From assembly GCA_027604505.1 (NCBI GenBank), contig JADIIX010000120.1:1-64000 (forward strand): 64,000 nucleotides of DNA, in the 5' to 3' direction. The first letter of the stretch is position 1. Every line of letters begins with the position of its first letter. This document shows, in pieces, positions 30,201-42,234 of the stretch. This stretch comes from Gonapodya sp. JEL0774 (Eukaryota). The notes under the pieces were generated by a model that searched no databases, had not been told where the DNA came from, and saw nothing but the letters and a program-made list of their open reading frames with translations. The position numbers and the translations under genes are program-made.

Positions 30201-30418
30201 TCGTTGGCTGGAACAAGTTGCTCACCGCCAACCAGTATCCACAGAGGTCTACTACCAGCTCTCCTGTCCGGGACTCCACCACTCGCCATCGAACCCCCTT
30301 TCGTGTACACTTTCATCGGGTCCACAAGGTCCCTCGCTGTAGGCGTGCCCGACCGATCTCGTCCTCCATATTTCCCTCCTGGTCCCGAGTCCCCATCTCC
30401 GTGGTAGCGTGGCTCCAT
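27253..30418 (-). CDS. Copper radical oxidase (AA5_1) with TM anchor and CBM18, paralog 2
   Basis: NSFCSG, ARWYPT, RMYHS, THSNHMSTRL, PPGYYLFY..DGVPS, hevein RCGKDFGGAVC..CGADGYCG..CGTGCQSGC. Collinear with 10957-13757 and shares several intron positions. Confidence 0.9.
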
Positions 30419-31021
30419 GGGTACACCCCACTTATTATTCCGTGACTGTAGTCCATGATGGAGGACAAGGGCAGGGTGGAAAATGGCGGATTGTGACGAA
30501 TGCCCAAATTGCGTTGGAGGAGTTTGAGGGGAGCACTCACCGATTTCGACATCCTCTACGAGCCACAGAATGCACAAAGCAGCCCACGATGATTGTCCAA
30601 AACAGCGTTACCACAAGACTAAACGGAAAAAGAACCCGAGTCAAGCGCAATCTCGGTTGGCTTTACCTTTCGGGAAGTGCGACCCCAAAAGAGGGGCAAA
30701 AGGGTCCCCTTTCGAAGCTCACCTTTATCGACGACAAAAATGGACAGAGAAAAGCGCTCCTAATGACCTTGATGCGGTGGTTCTTCCTTTTGGGCGAGCG
30801 TATTCACACCGTTTGGACTCCCGAAATTTGGTTGGTGATCTGTTGTCCCTGCAATGAGGGACGCAAGAAAACACCAAGAGAACCGCATCACTTTTTGAAA
30901 GAACGAGCGTGCATTGGAAAATGAACTGGAGAGTAATTCTATTTCGAAGGAGTTTACAAATGACTTGTTATTACAGTACCGAAAGTTTTGCATGAGCGTG
31001 TTTCACATTCCTACCGCCCCC

Positions 31022-31780
31022 CCGGGTTGGACAAAACTTGGCAATTAGACTTGGACTTGGACTTGGACTTGTACAAACTTAGGACCTCCCTTTCGGCGGA
31101 TCAACGATATTTAACTATAGTAAAATTTTCCTGTCTATTCCGAAGTGGAGTGAATTGCGTGCGAGTGGGATGGACTGTGGAGTCATGAGAGACCGAGACC
31201 AAGAGGACAACCTATTGCAAACAGAGAGAACCCAGAGAGCGGCAAAGACATCGTGAGCTGCGCAAAACTTTGTGAGCAAACACGGGGGTCAATGCCACTC
31301 CAATAATTTCAAAACATCCTCGAGAAGCTGACGCGAAGAAGCCTCACACCGTCATATCGCATCAGAAGACAGGATCACAGAGCCACACAAGAGCGAGCCG
31401 GAAATTAATTGAGAACGCGTGATATTGCCCCAAACTGTAGAGGACAAACAGGAATGGTCCTGAGTGGAATGTAGGTGGGTAGCCCGGGTTGGTTGGTTGC
31501 CGGGTGATGTTCTGAGACACCCACTCGCAGTTCATCGTAGCACCAAGCACTTTCCCAACTAAATAGAGTACTCAAAGGTCTCAAGTTCTCTACAATCGAG
31601 TTTTGTGAAGTATCCTTGGGACTCGAAGGCCAACCCACTTCAATGTAACGCCAGCCACGCACTCAATGTATTTATTTTGGAATACAAGTGGAAATATGTT
31701 CTCGAGTAGTTATTGTCGCTCCGCGGAAAAGCGGGTCCCCAGTTCAAGTCCAAGTCCAAGCCAAGTTTTGTGCAATCCGA
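31022..31780. mobile_element. Non-autonomous TIR element (MITE, hAT-like), ~760 bp
   Basis: Left end CCGGGTTGGACAAAACTTGGC vs reverse complement of the right end TCGGATTGCACAAAACTTGGC (18/21). Subterminal (GACTTG)n at left and (CAAGTC)n at right. Flanks CCGCCCCC and CCGCACGC (6/8, possible decayed 8-bp TSD). Confidence 0.7.
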
Positions 31781-32441
31781 CCGCACGCCGCCAGAAGTCT
31801 TTGATGCTCATAGGTATATCCGGAGGCTGACAGGGATCAGAGCATTGAATTTCGGCGGCCCGAGGTTCTCATAATGTTGGGAACATCTGCTGGACAAAGA
31901 TCGAAGCTTGCAAAGGCGGGGAAGGCTCGAATTCACGCAGATGTTTTGAAAAAGGAGGTGGACATAACTTGGAAGCTTGTACATCAAGTGCATGCCTTCG
32001 TGCTGAGCACGACACTACCAAGCTTGGTGCACACTCAATGGTGTGAAAGAGAGATGGATGTAGTGCGAGCAACTGAAGCTAGTGGTATGACTGAGTCGGA
32101 ATGAATTATGCTACTTTGAGAAGCGGATGGATTCTCAAAGTGAGTTGGCGGTTTCGCCAGTTGTTCGGTGGTCACGTACTTCTGTAATGGAAAGCATAGA
32201 GGACTGCAAAAAATGCATCAGATTAAATTCACTTACATAACAAACTCATTGTATGTATACGTGACGTGGTGCGACAGTTTCTTCTTCAGCCTATGCTGAA
32301 AACCCACCACACCCACTCAACAACCCACCAACCCACCAGCCATAAACCGCACCCATATGCTCATTCAGCGATAGCCCACGTCGCGTCTCGCGCTCTGATC
32401 GCACGCCGATTCTTGCCAGCACCCGTTTCTAATTCTGACCA

Positions 32442-35400
32442 GAGATTCGGTACTCACGCGCCGCGCTGGGGTGCGGGTCTACGGCAACTCGGTACAAGGA
32501 TTCTTGGTGTACGGCACTCGGAACTCTCCTTGGATCCGCGACGTAGCAGAGCACGGGAAAGTGGCGAGATATGCCGTTCGAGAGGGTGGATTCAGAGACG
32601 AATTCAGGTGTGGGGTCGGGTGGTCAGGGTGCGGGAGGAGTTGGAAGTGGTGGTGGAGGGAGCACGGGAAGTGGAGGAAGTGAAGGTTATCTGAGAGAGC
32701 AGGTGAGACGCAATCATGGGAGAAAGGAGGTCTTGATGAGAGCATAGCTTGGCCTGGAATGTCCTGTCGATTCTGAAGAGTTTGGGTAATCACAGGGCAT
32801 CCTGGTTCAAAAAAAACGGAGCGCGGGAGGATCTGGGGATGGAAAATTAATACGGAGAGAAGCGTTGGCACAGAGATGGAGAACGGGCGGACAGGGTTGA
32901 AGGTGGTTGCGTTGATGTCGCCGAGTCTGCAACGACTCCCTTTGCACTTCCCCAGATCGACAAACTCTTCAAAGACAACAAATCCCTCCGCCTCAAATAC
33001 GACATCCTCCAGCGGGAAAATGAAGCGCTGAAACAATCCCTGTTTGATCTCACAGTCCGGTACAATTTCGAACTCGCAAACGCCAAAAAGGCATCATCTC
33101 CCTCCACCAACGGTGTTAAAGGTGGTGGTGGCAGTGGCGCTGGAAGGGTCTACTTGGATTTGAATCTGGGCGGCGAAGCCGGCCCAACAGGAACGGTGAA
33201 CGGAACCCTCTCTGGACCATCCGCCGGCACCTCACACATCGCGCAAGGACCCCGTGCGACAAGCCCGCCTTCGAGTGTAGCTTCGGACCGTCACTTGCAG
33301 ACCCCTCCCTCTCCCGCCTCGCCTCCTGCATATGCCCTACCGCATCAACAGCTGCAAAATTCTCCGCCTATCTCCTCCACCAACTCCACATCCACCATCA
33401 CCGCCCACTCCAACATGGGACCACCCAATCCCGCATCAACTCCACCCGCCATCGAAACATACTCTCAATCGCAATCGCAGCCACCATCCATGAATCGAAC
33501 ATTCACCTCGGCATCTACCACCATCTCCAATTCTTCCTCGTCTTCACCATCCGATGCACCCGCTCGGGACATGAAACGTAACAGCGGCTCTGTGAAATCT
33601 CGCGCTGTGAGCCTTCAACAACTTCTGAACCAATCTCCTGCGTCGGCATCGTCATCCGCAACAGCGTCTGGTAGCGCTGCCGCAGGTCAGGACTCTTCCG
33701 TCCCCGGCTCTGCTTTCTCCTCCTCGGCGCCGTTCCGAGATAGAGACCGAGATCGGGATCGAGACCGAGACAGAAACGACCGCGACCGAGATAATCCATA
33801 CTCCGACGCCATCATTGGCCGCGCCTCCCCACCAGCCTACCGTCCCACACCTTCGCCATCCCCTTTACCTCCCCATCGCCATCCTTCCTTTGCATCCTCC
33901 TCCGTCCCGCCCACGTCCTCTTCCTCTCTCATAACTTCGCTCATTCCCTCTCACTCCGACCCCCCTCCGGCAACCCCTTTCCTGCCTCTATACGACCTTC
34001 ACCGACATACCGCACCAGTCTTCTCCCTTCGCTTCAGCCCCACAGGCCGCCACCTCGCCACGGCAGGGTTTGATGCGCGACTGTGCGTCTGGGATGTTGC
34101 AGCGGCACCGGATTCTGAACCGAGGGAGGCCTGGACAGTGAAGGGGAGGGCGAATGTGGCTGACGTGGCATGGGGAGAAGGGGGTAAGGAGTTGTTGGCC
34201 GGAGGGTACGATGGGGTGTGTAGAGTGTGGGATGTGGACAGGGGTATCAGTAATGGGGAGTGGGGGGTGGTCGGGTTCGTTGGAGGGGTGGGTTGGCATA
34301 AAACAGGTGCGTGCGTGTGAAGATTGAGTTTGGGGAATATACATGTGACATTTATTCATACCTCACTGAATCCAAAAGATCCAGCACTCTTTCTCTGCAC
34401 CACATCCCGTAAAACTCTACACCTTCTCGACCGCCGAATCCCAACACCTGCCCTCTCTATGCGCGCTGATGCTTCCCTCACGTGCCTTCTCCCCCTCCAT
34501 AATGGCACTGTTCTCACGGGCGATGCCACGGGTTGTGTGCGAACCTGGGATTTGAAGACGGGGAAAGTAGACCATGCGTTCGCCGTGGAAGGTGGCGCTG
34601 GCGTGACGTGGATTGGCGAGGCAGATGAGGAAGGAGGTGAGTCGCCGGTGCGCTAACACCATTTTTCGTGCCCAGCAACTCACTTTCGTGCGGCGCTCGC
34701 TTAGATTCCCCGCACCACTTTGCCCTCTCCTCCCACGACAACAGTCTCCGTGTGTACAACTTTTGTGGTCCGCACCCGGCCTTCTCGCATCCTGCGCAAC
34801 CAACCCACTTGCTCAGGTCTCATCGCACCAAAGGGTGGCCAGTAAGAGCGGCATGGTTCAGGGGGAACGTGGCGGAGATGACGAGGAATGTGGACGTAAA
34901 GGAGGAGGTTATGAGGGGGGTTGGGGTGGGCGGGTGAGCATTGCCTGCCAAAGCGCAAAGGTTTCTCCGGATTTTGGTTAGTGTATGTATTTATTCATAC
35001 TTATTTTGATGCAGTGAGAAACCTCCCCCGTACGATGCGTATATGCTGCTGGCGACAGGTAGTGGAGATGGATTCGGCTATGTGTACGGCATCACCGGGC
35101 CGGGAGCCGCCTCTTCACAAGTGGAGGTGAGTCAGTCTCGTGGCGAGTAATCTGAAAGATGGCCACATATGAACTCTCCATCTCGAATTTACCGCACCCA
35201 TCCTCACCGTCAACTCAGCCTCCCTCTCCGTCCCCGCCACCCCTCCAACGTCTCCCTACACCTTCAGATCGTGTCTACTGTGTCGACTTTCAACCACACC
35301 CCCTGCCCTCCACCACTCTGGGAACTGGCGCACCCACCGCACCTTTCCCGCGGCTACGATCACCTGCGATGGAAGGTGCGCCCGCGCAGCCCCTGCTCGC

Positions 35401-35488
35401 GGCAGGATGTGCTGATGGCACTGTGAGAGTATGGGGCTGGAATGGGGGTGTCGGCGTGGGGGTGGGCGGGAAGAGGGGGCGTTGGTGA
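32442..35488 (+). CDS. WD40-repeat protein with N-terminal coiled coil and Ser/Pro/RD-rich linker
   Basis: Coiled coil LKYDILQRENEALKQSLFDL. WD repeats HTAPVFSLRFSPTGRHLATAGFDARLCVWD, LLAGGYDGVCRVWD, LTGDATGCVRTWD, LAAGCADGTVRVW. The 5' exons and start are uncertain. Confidence 0.8.
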
Positions 35489-35921
35489 AGTCGCATAAAT
35501 TTTGAAAACAGAACTTTTCTATTCTTGCACCATTGGTATGGCGTTGAGCGAGGTGGGATGATCTTGCAGACTGGCAACAATTTCATTGTACCATAACATC
35601 ACTGGTGGCCCCTGATACTACTGTTGAATGCGCTTTGTGGCGCTGTCGAACATTGCAAAGAAGTACATTTGAGCCAGTTGTGGAAGAAGCAAGGATTGCG
35701 TAGGAAGAGCAGTAAAGAATCAGATCGCGCCGACCGCGAAAAGATGAATTTGCAGTTATGCAGTGTCCCAGAGAGTACGCTTCATACACCGGATACTTTC
35801 GACTCCAAGGAGGTGTGAAAATGTAACGTAGTATATTTAACAAATCTTGTGCAACCCACAATTGTGATATTGACCTATATTTACGAGATGCGAAGTCGAT
35901 GACAGAGACATTCGAGGTCGC

Positions 35922-38081
35922 TCAGTACTTTGTACAGTACAATTGAACGCGCTGGTCAGGAGGCATCTTGGAAACGTAGTCTCCAACAAACTTGACGGTC
36001 TTGGCATATTTGTCGGCCATCTCTTCGCCCCAAGTTTGTTTTATGAGAGGGTCGGCCCTAACACAGTTGACGGCGGTGGACTCAGGATGCAAAGCACCGA
36101 ACAACCTGCTACAAGATTATCGAGCGGTACCCACGCAAACTCTTTGAGCGCTTCATCGAGTGAGCTCGGCATCTGTCGAATTCCATTTTCCATGCGGAAA
36201 GCTTCGGGCAAGGTGCCGGGATCGACAGTGGTCTCTGGCCCCAGTTCGAGTTGATTCTCAATGCCGTCCAAACCAGCCGCAATAATCGTGCCGATGGCAA
36301 GGTAAGGATTAGAAGTGGAATCGGAGATCTTAAAGATCAGGAGAGATACACGTTGAGAATCTGACGGGTGTGGTGTCCAACCGGGAAAAGAGGAGGTCAC
36401 TGACTTTCAGCTCCACATTACTGGTCTTGTTGCCTGGACAGCACACGCGGAGTGCCGCCTCCTTGTTCTCTCGACCCCACGCGGTGAAAACACCCGCCCA
36501 ATTGTGGGGGACCACTCGATCTGAGGTGCGGTCGCACGTAAGCAGGTTCAGCTGTGTGATAAACTTCACTTTGCCAACTGCTGGAGCTTACCATAGCTCA
36601 TCTCCGTGGGCAAAATAACAGCAGAGATACCAGCAAGGTGTTTGAGCACCCCGGCCATAAAGTGCCGGCCGATCTTGCTTATGCCGGCGGGGGCCCTGTG
36701 GTCGACAAACACGTTGTCACCGTTGTCGTTGACGAGCGAAAAGTGCTGCATTTGCACAAAGATGATTGCGGAATCTAAGTACCTTTTTCTTCGAGGTTAT
36801 CAAGCGGCACCGAAACTCACAAGATGGCCTCCGTTTCCAATCTCATTGGCCCCCAACGGCTTGGGTGCCATGGTCGCAATGAGGCCAAACTGGCGTGCCA
36901 CGGCCTTCACAGCCGTGCGGCAGTAAACAATATCGTCAGCTGTAGAGAGGGCATCCCGTGGACCGAGAGAGAACTCGAACTGGATGTTCCCGCTGTTGAT
37001 GTGCAGGGGGTGACAAAATCGCACCCCATCAACTTTTTTATCATGACAGAGCTCACCCTTCACAGTGCCATGTGTTGACTTCTATCCCAGCTTGGGTCAG
37101 CGTTTCAACGAGCTTATCCATTAAGTCCCCTCCCTTGCCCACGAGACCAAGAATTTCGCCGCATTGGTGGGTGCTCCATGCTGAGAATTTTAGCGAAAAA
37201 ACAAAGCATCGGTGCATTCCGGATAGTCATTTCCAAAACAGGAGCAAGAGTTTGGGAGAAATTCTCGTTGCTGCCTTGCACATATGGAATGTTCTCACAC
37301 TTATCCGGCAGACCATCCGTTCCATACTTCTCAATAGCGTGAAATTCGATCTCAGGACCCACAACGACATCAAGACCAGTTTTGGCCTTGAACTGGCGCA
37401 ATTGGCGCTTCAGGAAAGACCGGGGACAGAGGTTCCACGGTTGACCATCCGGAGTCAAGAGGTCGCAGGCAACCCAGAGGTTTTTGGGATGGTACAGAAG
37501 AGGCTTCAGGGATTGGAGGTCAGGCCTACCACGAAGGTTGTGGATGAATTGATATTATGTCCCCATCAGATAGAGATGCGAAAGGTCGGGTTGCGTCCCG
37601 AACTACGTTCGAACCGACTCACGCCCATTCAGCAGTGCCCACGGCCCCAATAGTGTCTGGTGGCAGACCTGTAGCCATGAGGTCCTGTGGACCGACGACC
37701 TGAAACACCCGATGAGTCAACTCTGAGCCAACCTCTCGAACTGTAATTGAAAAATAGATCATACCACATTCTTCTCACCATGTAAGCAGCAGCCACCTGA
37801 GCACGTTTCGGAACAACAGATTTGAAGAAACGTCGGGTGGGAACAACGTGACCTCGGACCACCGATCTTGGGGATGGTGAACACGGTGAACACTCGGTCG
37901 GGAATAGACCCGTACAACGGCGGTTCGAAACGTACGAGAAGTTACAAAGAGTCATCTGCACTCCGATCGCGCCGTTTTTCTCGGCGGTGGTGAGAAGAGC
38001 GTCTACATCAGGCTTAGAGTCGCCAATCTGCGGTTCGGCCAAGCGGGACAGGAAACTGGAAACGTCGTTTAGAACGCTCAT
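35922..38081 (-). CDS. Glutamine synthetase type-I-like (FluG/nodGS/gamma-glutamyl ligase-like) protein, standalone
   Basis: PWNLCPRSFL, VGPEIEF, HCEGG.IQFEF, PKP..GNGGHLHFSL, WAG..AWGRENKEAALR, NVELK..DSTSNPYLA..AAGLDG. Confidence 0.85.
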
Positions 38082-38345
38082 TTCAGAACGATGACAAGGG
38101 AATTTGTGGTTTCAAAGAGGATCGGTCGAGTTTCGACGATTTGATCAAGGCGAATCGGCTTCCAGCGTCCTCCGTTTCCGTTTCGGTGTTCTGGTCGCCT
38201 GGATGAAGGGGAGTCTTTGTGTGCACCATAATACAAAGATGGTGTCAGTACATAATTGGTGCTCGGCCTGTGCTTATGAAATTTTGGTCTTCGCCTGAAA
38301 ACCATCCGACGCTCAACCCGATTTCTGTTCCATTCGAATAAAGAA

Positions 38346-39314
38346 ATGCAAAAACCTGAAAATCTCGATAAAGGTATTCACGTATTCTGGGGGTCTGGAT
38401 CGCCTTACGCTCGAAGAGTCCAAATGGCCCTCATCGAGAAAGGAGTACATCACTCCGCCCATCTCGTGGAATTCAGTGAGTGAACTCCCTATCGAAAGAG
38501 TAGCTGGATCTACAACCTAAAATCCTTCACAGGTCGTGGAGATCTCAAGGCTGACTGGTACGGGGAACTCTTCCCACGGTGAGATTGAAAGACTACTGCA
38601 CCTATACAGGATTCGTAATCAATTCATTCACGCCCACCGCCACTATTAGCCGTCAAGTCCCGCTGCTTGTCGATGAAGGAAAGCCTTTGGGAGAATCGGG
38701 CGCCATAAATTCCTATTTGGAGGCGAAGTTTCCAGAGCCTTCGTTGGAGCCTGTGGGAGATGCCTACGTCAAAGGTAGTTTGCCAAAAGAAGAATAATGT
38801 CCTGCAGATCGTTGGCCTTTTTATGCTCCCCATTCTAGCTGTAGGCCGCATGCGTACTTTTGAAGCAGATGGCAAACTACCATCAGTTCTTCGCGATGTT
38901 ATGGCTGCTTGCCGAGAAGATGACCCGGCAAAGAAAACCGAACTTTTAACAGGGGCTACTCTAAAGATGAAGAGCGAGCTGTCACTCTGGGAATCGTACC
39001 TTGCAAAATCCGGCGCCAATTGGCTCTGTGGAACTTCCATCACATTTGCTGGTATGCCTCCTGTGCAGTAAAAAACGCATATAGCTCGCATTAACCGAGC
39101 GTTGCATCCATCGGCAGACCTCGCCCTCTATCACCATATTGCCCAACTTGTTGAGCGTCATGGCCTTTCTCTCGCCTCGGCCGGGTTTCCACTACTTGGC
39201 GGCTGGTACTCTCGCATGTCTGAAAGAAAGAGTGCAAAGGAAACGGCACCGCCGCACTGGTTGTCTGGACCTGTTCCAGAGAAGTTTGTTGTATTGAAGG
39301 ACTTGACCGCTTGA
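38346..39314 (+). CDS. Glutathione S-transferase (resembles rho class/GST-A)
   Basis: FWGSGSPYARRVQMALIEKG, QVPLLVD..ESGAINSYLE, ELSLWESYL..WLCG..FADL, YSRMSERKSAKETAPPHWL. Confidence 0.88.
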
Positions 39315-39517
39315 ATACACGTAGTATTGCATGTGCCAGTTCCAGGATTCACTTGCGTGACTCTAGCTTTACAACAAGGCCTGCTTTTTTTCAATTGCAT
39401 TTGCTTCCTTTACCATTTATTTCACTTCTCGTTCTGGTCAAGCTCCGGCTGGCAGTGTTCCTTTGCCGCCCGTCAAGTCACAACCAGTTACCGGGAACAC
39501 TCATGTTTTATTTCATA

Positions 39518-40945
39518 TCACAATTTAGCCTTGGCAATTTTCGGCATTGACACAAACCGCCACCACACGCCCACCAGCATGACGGCGTCCACACCGCCCA
39601 CTTTCCCCTTGCGAGCACCCGGAGCAGCCACAGCTCTCGCGAATGCCACCTCGGGTGTCTCCCTCTCCACGCCCACATCAATAACCGCGATCCCATTCCC
39701 CAGGATTCCCTCGATGGGTTTGGAAAACCGTATGGGTACGTTCTGCACTCGAATCACCGATTGCCCGTCCTCGAGCTCCGCAGGCAGGTCCAAGATCCTC
39801 GCCCACTGCGCGGCAACCATGTGAGGGTTCTCGGTCGATTGCACCGTCACGCCCGCGTAGGCAAATTTGGAAGAAGGGGCGCGCTTGGCGATGGACAACC
39901 AGCGGGAGGGACCCTCGGTGGTTTCGAACAACGGTGGCCACAAGGAGTATTCCTCGAGATGGTCTAGGAAGTGTGTTGGAGGGTTGTGCAGGGTGACAAA
40001 CACGAGTTCCGAAGTTAAGTAATTTGGGAGAAAACTCGCTTTGCGTTAGGTGCGATCATACCAGTTTTACCCGGAGTGGAATCGATCGATGGTATTCCAA
40101 ACACGCCGTTCGTGTCAGCAGGGTGGAAGTGTGTTGCGACATAGTGGGGACTTGCAGGAATTCGTTCAAGCATGAAGGAATAAAAATAAACGCAATACGC
40201 AAAGTGTGAGAGACGGTGAGTGAAATGTGAGAGAAGTGGATTGTATGGGATCACCACTCACCGGCTGATCTCCCAGACTGTCCTGATACCCAGCTTGGTG
40301 ATCCTCTCGCGGTCAGCCTTGGCATCCTCTCCGTGGAAAATGAGCATGTACCTGACGGGGAAATTCATTCCCCATTTTTGCGGTCATGGGGGCGTTTGTG
40401 GTTCAGCTCCACCAAATGTAAGCCCTGGTAGCAGCGACGCCTCACCCTCCGTCCCCTCTCTTGTCAAGCAGCCGTCCCGCCGTGGTTTTGGGCTTGGTAG
40501 GGACGACGACCTGACGATATGTCACATGGCAATGGCGACGACAGTATTCCAACCGACACGCATCATGAGCTCAGATACACGGACAAACCCCCTGTCACTC
40601 GCTCACACGCTCACCTCAAGCGCGTTCCCCGAAACGGCGTACAATATGTTCTCCAATCCGAATTCGCCCACACCCGGGTCCTTCCACACGAGCTTGTTTG
40701 TCGACGATTAAGTGAAACGGGGGAACCCACACCCGTCCATAATGCAATACAGACAAAGAGGAATATTTTACAGTGGAAGGGTAGGAAGGTGAAAGTGTGG
40801 TTCGGATGGTTAGACGACAGAGCGACAGAGCAGCCAGAGCGCGTACCTCGATCCCGAATGCTCCTTCGATGGATTCACGGGCGGCTTTTACATCACGGGC
40901 AACGAGAGCAATTTGGCGGAGGCGGATGGGAGATTTCCTGACCAT
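39518..40945 (-). CDS. Glyoxalase-like (VOC, Glyoxalase_3-type) protein
   Basis: Spliced: IRLRQIALVARDV..FGIE/LVWKDPGVGEFGLENIL..ALE/VV.P..TTAGRLLDKRGDGG/YMLIF..LGIRTVWE/..THFHPAD. Confidence 0.75.
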
Positions 40946-41092
40946 TGGGATGTGGAAAGGTGACTGTGGAAGTAAAGGGGAAGTTCGGGCAAATTCATCC
41001 CGATCCGACGAAGAGCAGATGTACAAACATACCCAGCCACTATACTCATCATAACTTAAAATTATAGTCTAAATGGATAGCTCTCGTAACTG

Positions 41093-42084
41093 CTACTGTA
41101 CCCTCTGCGATTTCTTGCACACGTAGACGTAGTAGTGAAACGCCGTCCCGATGGTGTACACCACGACGCTTTCCCATAGATGGTCCCTGCCGTCCACAGC
41201 GGTGAGCTCGAGGTGTCGACGACGAAAGTGGGGTTGACCAAAGGTTATCTGGGGGGGGGGGGGGGCAGGGGGCGGTCCGAGAGTGGGTGCTACGGCATGA
41301 AGAAAATAAAGGAAGAAACGACGAAACACTCACGTAAATGAAAACACCACCTGGTTTTAAAACCCTGTACACCTCTCTGACATAGCGTTCCACCTCTGCG
41401 CAGAGTTCGGCAGGGGGATTCCACGGGTCGTAGCTGCGCCTGGGTCGCGTCCATGTTTTATTTGCATCGTCGTCGTTTCCATGGTCCTCGCCCTCGTCGC
41501 CCTCGTCGCCCGCGACCAGCAGTGCGTCCATGGTACCTTTGTCGATTGCGGCCTCAAAACTATCTGCTGCAAACGCCACCATATCACGAATGTCAGCGAC
41601 TTCCATCTTGAACACTGCAGGGTCAAGACCCAATTTCAAGGATCGAGCTCTCATGGCGTCGATGACTGTGGGGGAGTAATCGACCGAGGTGACGTGTGTA
41701 TAGTTGGACACGGTCGACAAGGACTCAGACAGGGTAGAGTTACCGCAACCCAGGACCAAGAGGTGAGGTGGATCGGATGGAGAGGTGGGAGGAGGAAGAG
41801 GTGGGAGGTTCGCCTCCAAAACAGGACGGATTTCTTCGTACGACTTAAACCAGTCAAAAGTGGTTTCGGGGCCTTCTCTGTCGATAGAGTTGGATTGAGA
41901 AAAAGTCAGAAAGGGCAGACGCGCAACCAAGCACTTACTTCTGATATCTGGCTTCCCAGTAGTCTTTGGATTTGTACTGGAAGAGAAGAGTGGTACGTGA
42001 AGAACCCCTGAACATGGGCAGTGAGAGCAAACGATTGGGGCTCACTTGGGAGTTATTTTCGGGGAGCACTCTCAACGATGCCAT
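41093..42084 (-). CDS. Class I SAM methyltransferase, EEF1AKMT4/METTL13-N-like
   Basis: YKSKDYWEARY, FDWF, LVLGCGNSTLSE, SVDYSPTVI, AIDKGTMDAL, EVYRVLKPGGVFIY/ITFGQPHFRR. Confidence 0.88.
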
Positions 42085-42234
42085 GACTATGATTATCTCT
42101 TGATGCGGAAGAAGGATTGATGGCTGGAGATGGGGGAAAGAAAGAAGTTGGGTTCTGGCACCTACGTACATCCTTCAGAATCGCGGTACTGATCGGCTCA
42201 TCCTTCCCAGACTTCCGACCTTGACACAATAAAA

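Noticed and set aside
31049..31072. (GACTTG)n tandem repeat as a telomere or CRISPR-like array
   Set aside because: Only 3-4 hexamers with no spacers. Explained as the subterminal repeat of the TIR element.
31715..31760. tRNA/B-box-like GGTCCCCAGTTCAAGTCC
   Set aside because: No paired T-stem or cloverleaf. It overlaps the element's CAAGTC repeats.
31874..32104. 76-aa ORF between the MITE and the WD40 gene
   Set aside because: No recognisable motif or splice support.
33735..33793. GA/C-rich repeat
   Set aside because: Simply encodes an RD dipeptide tract in the WD40 protein's linker.
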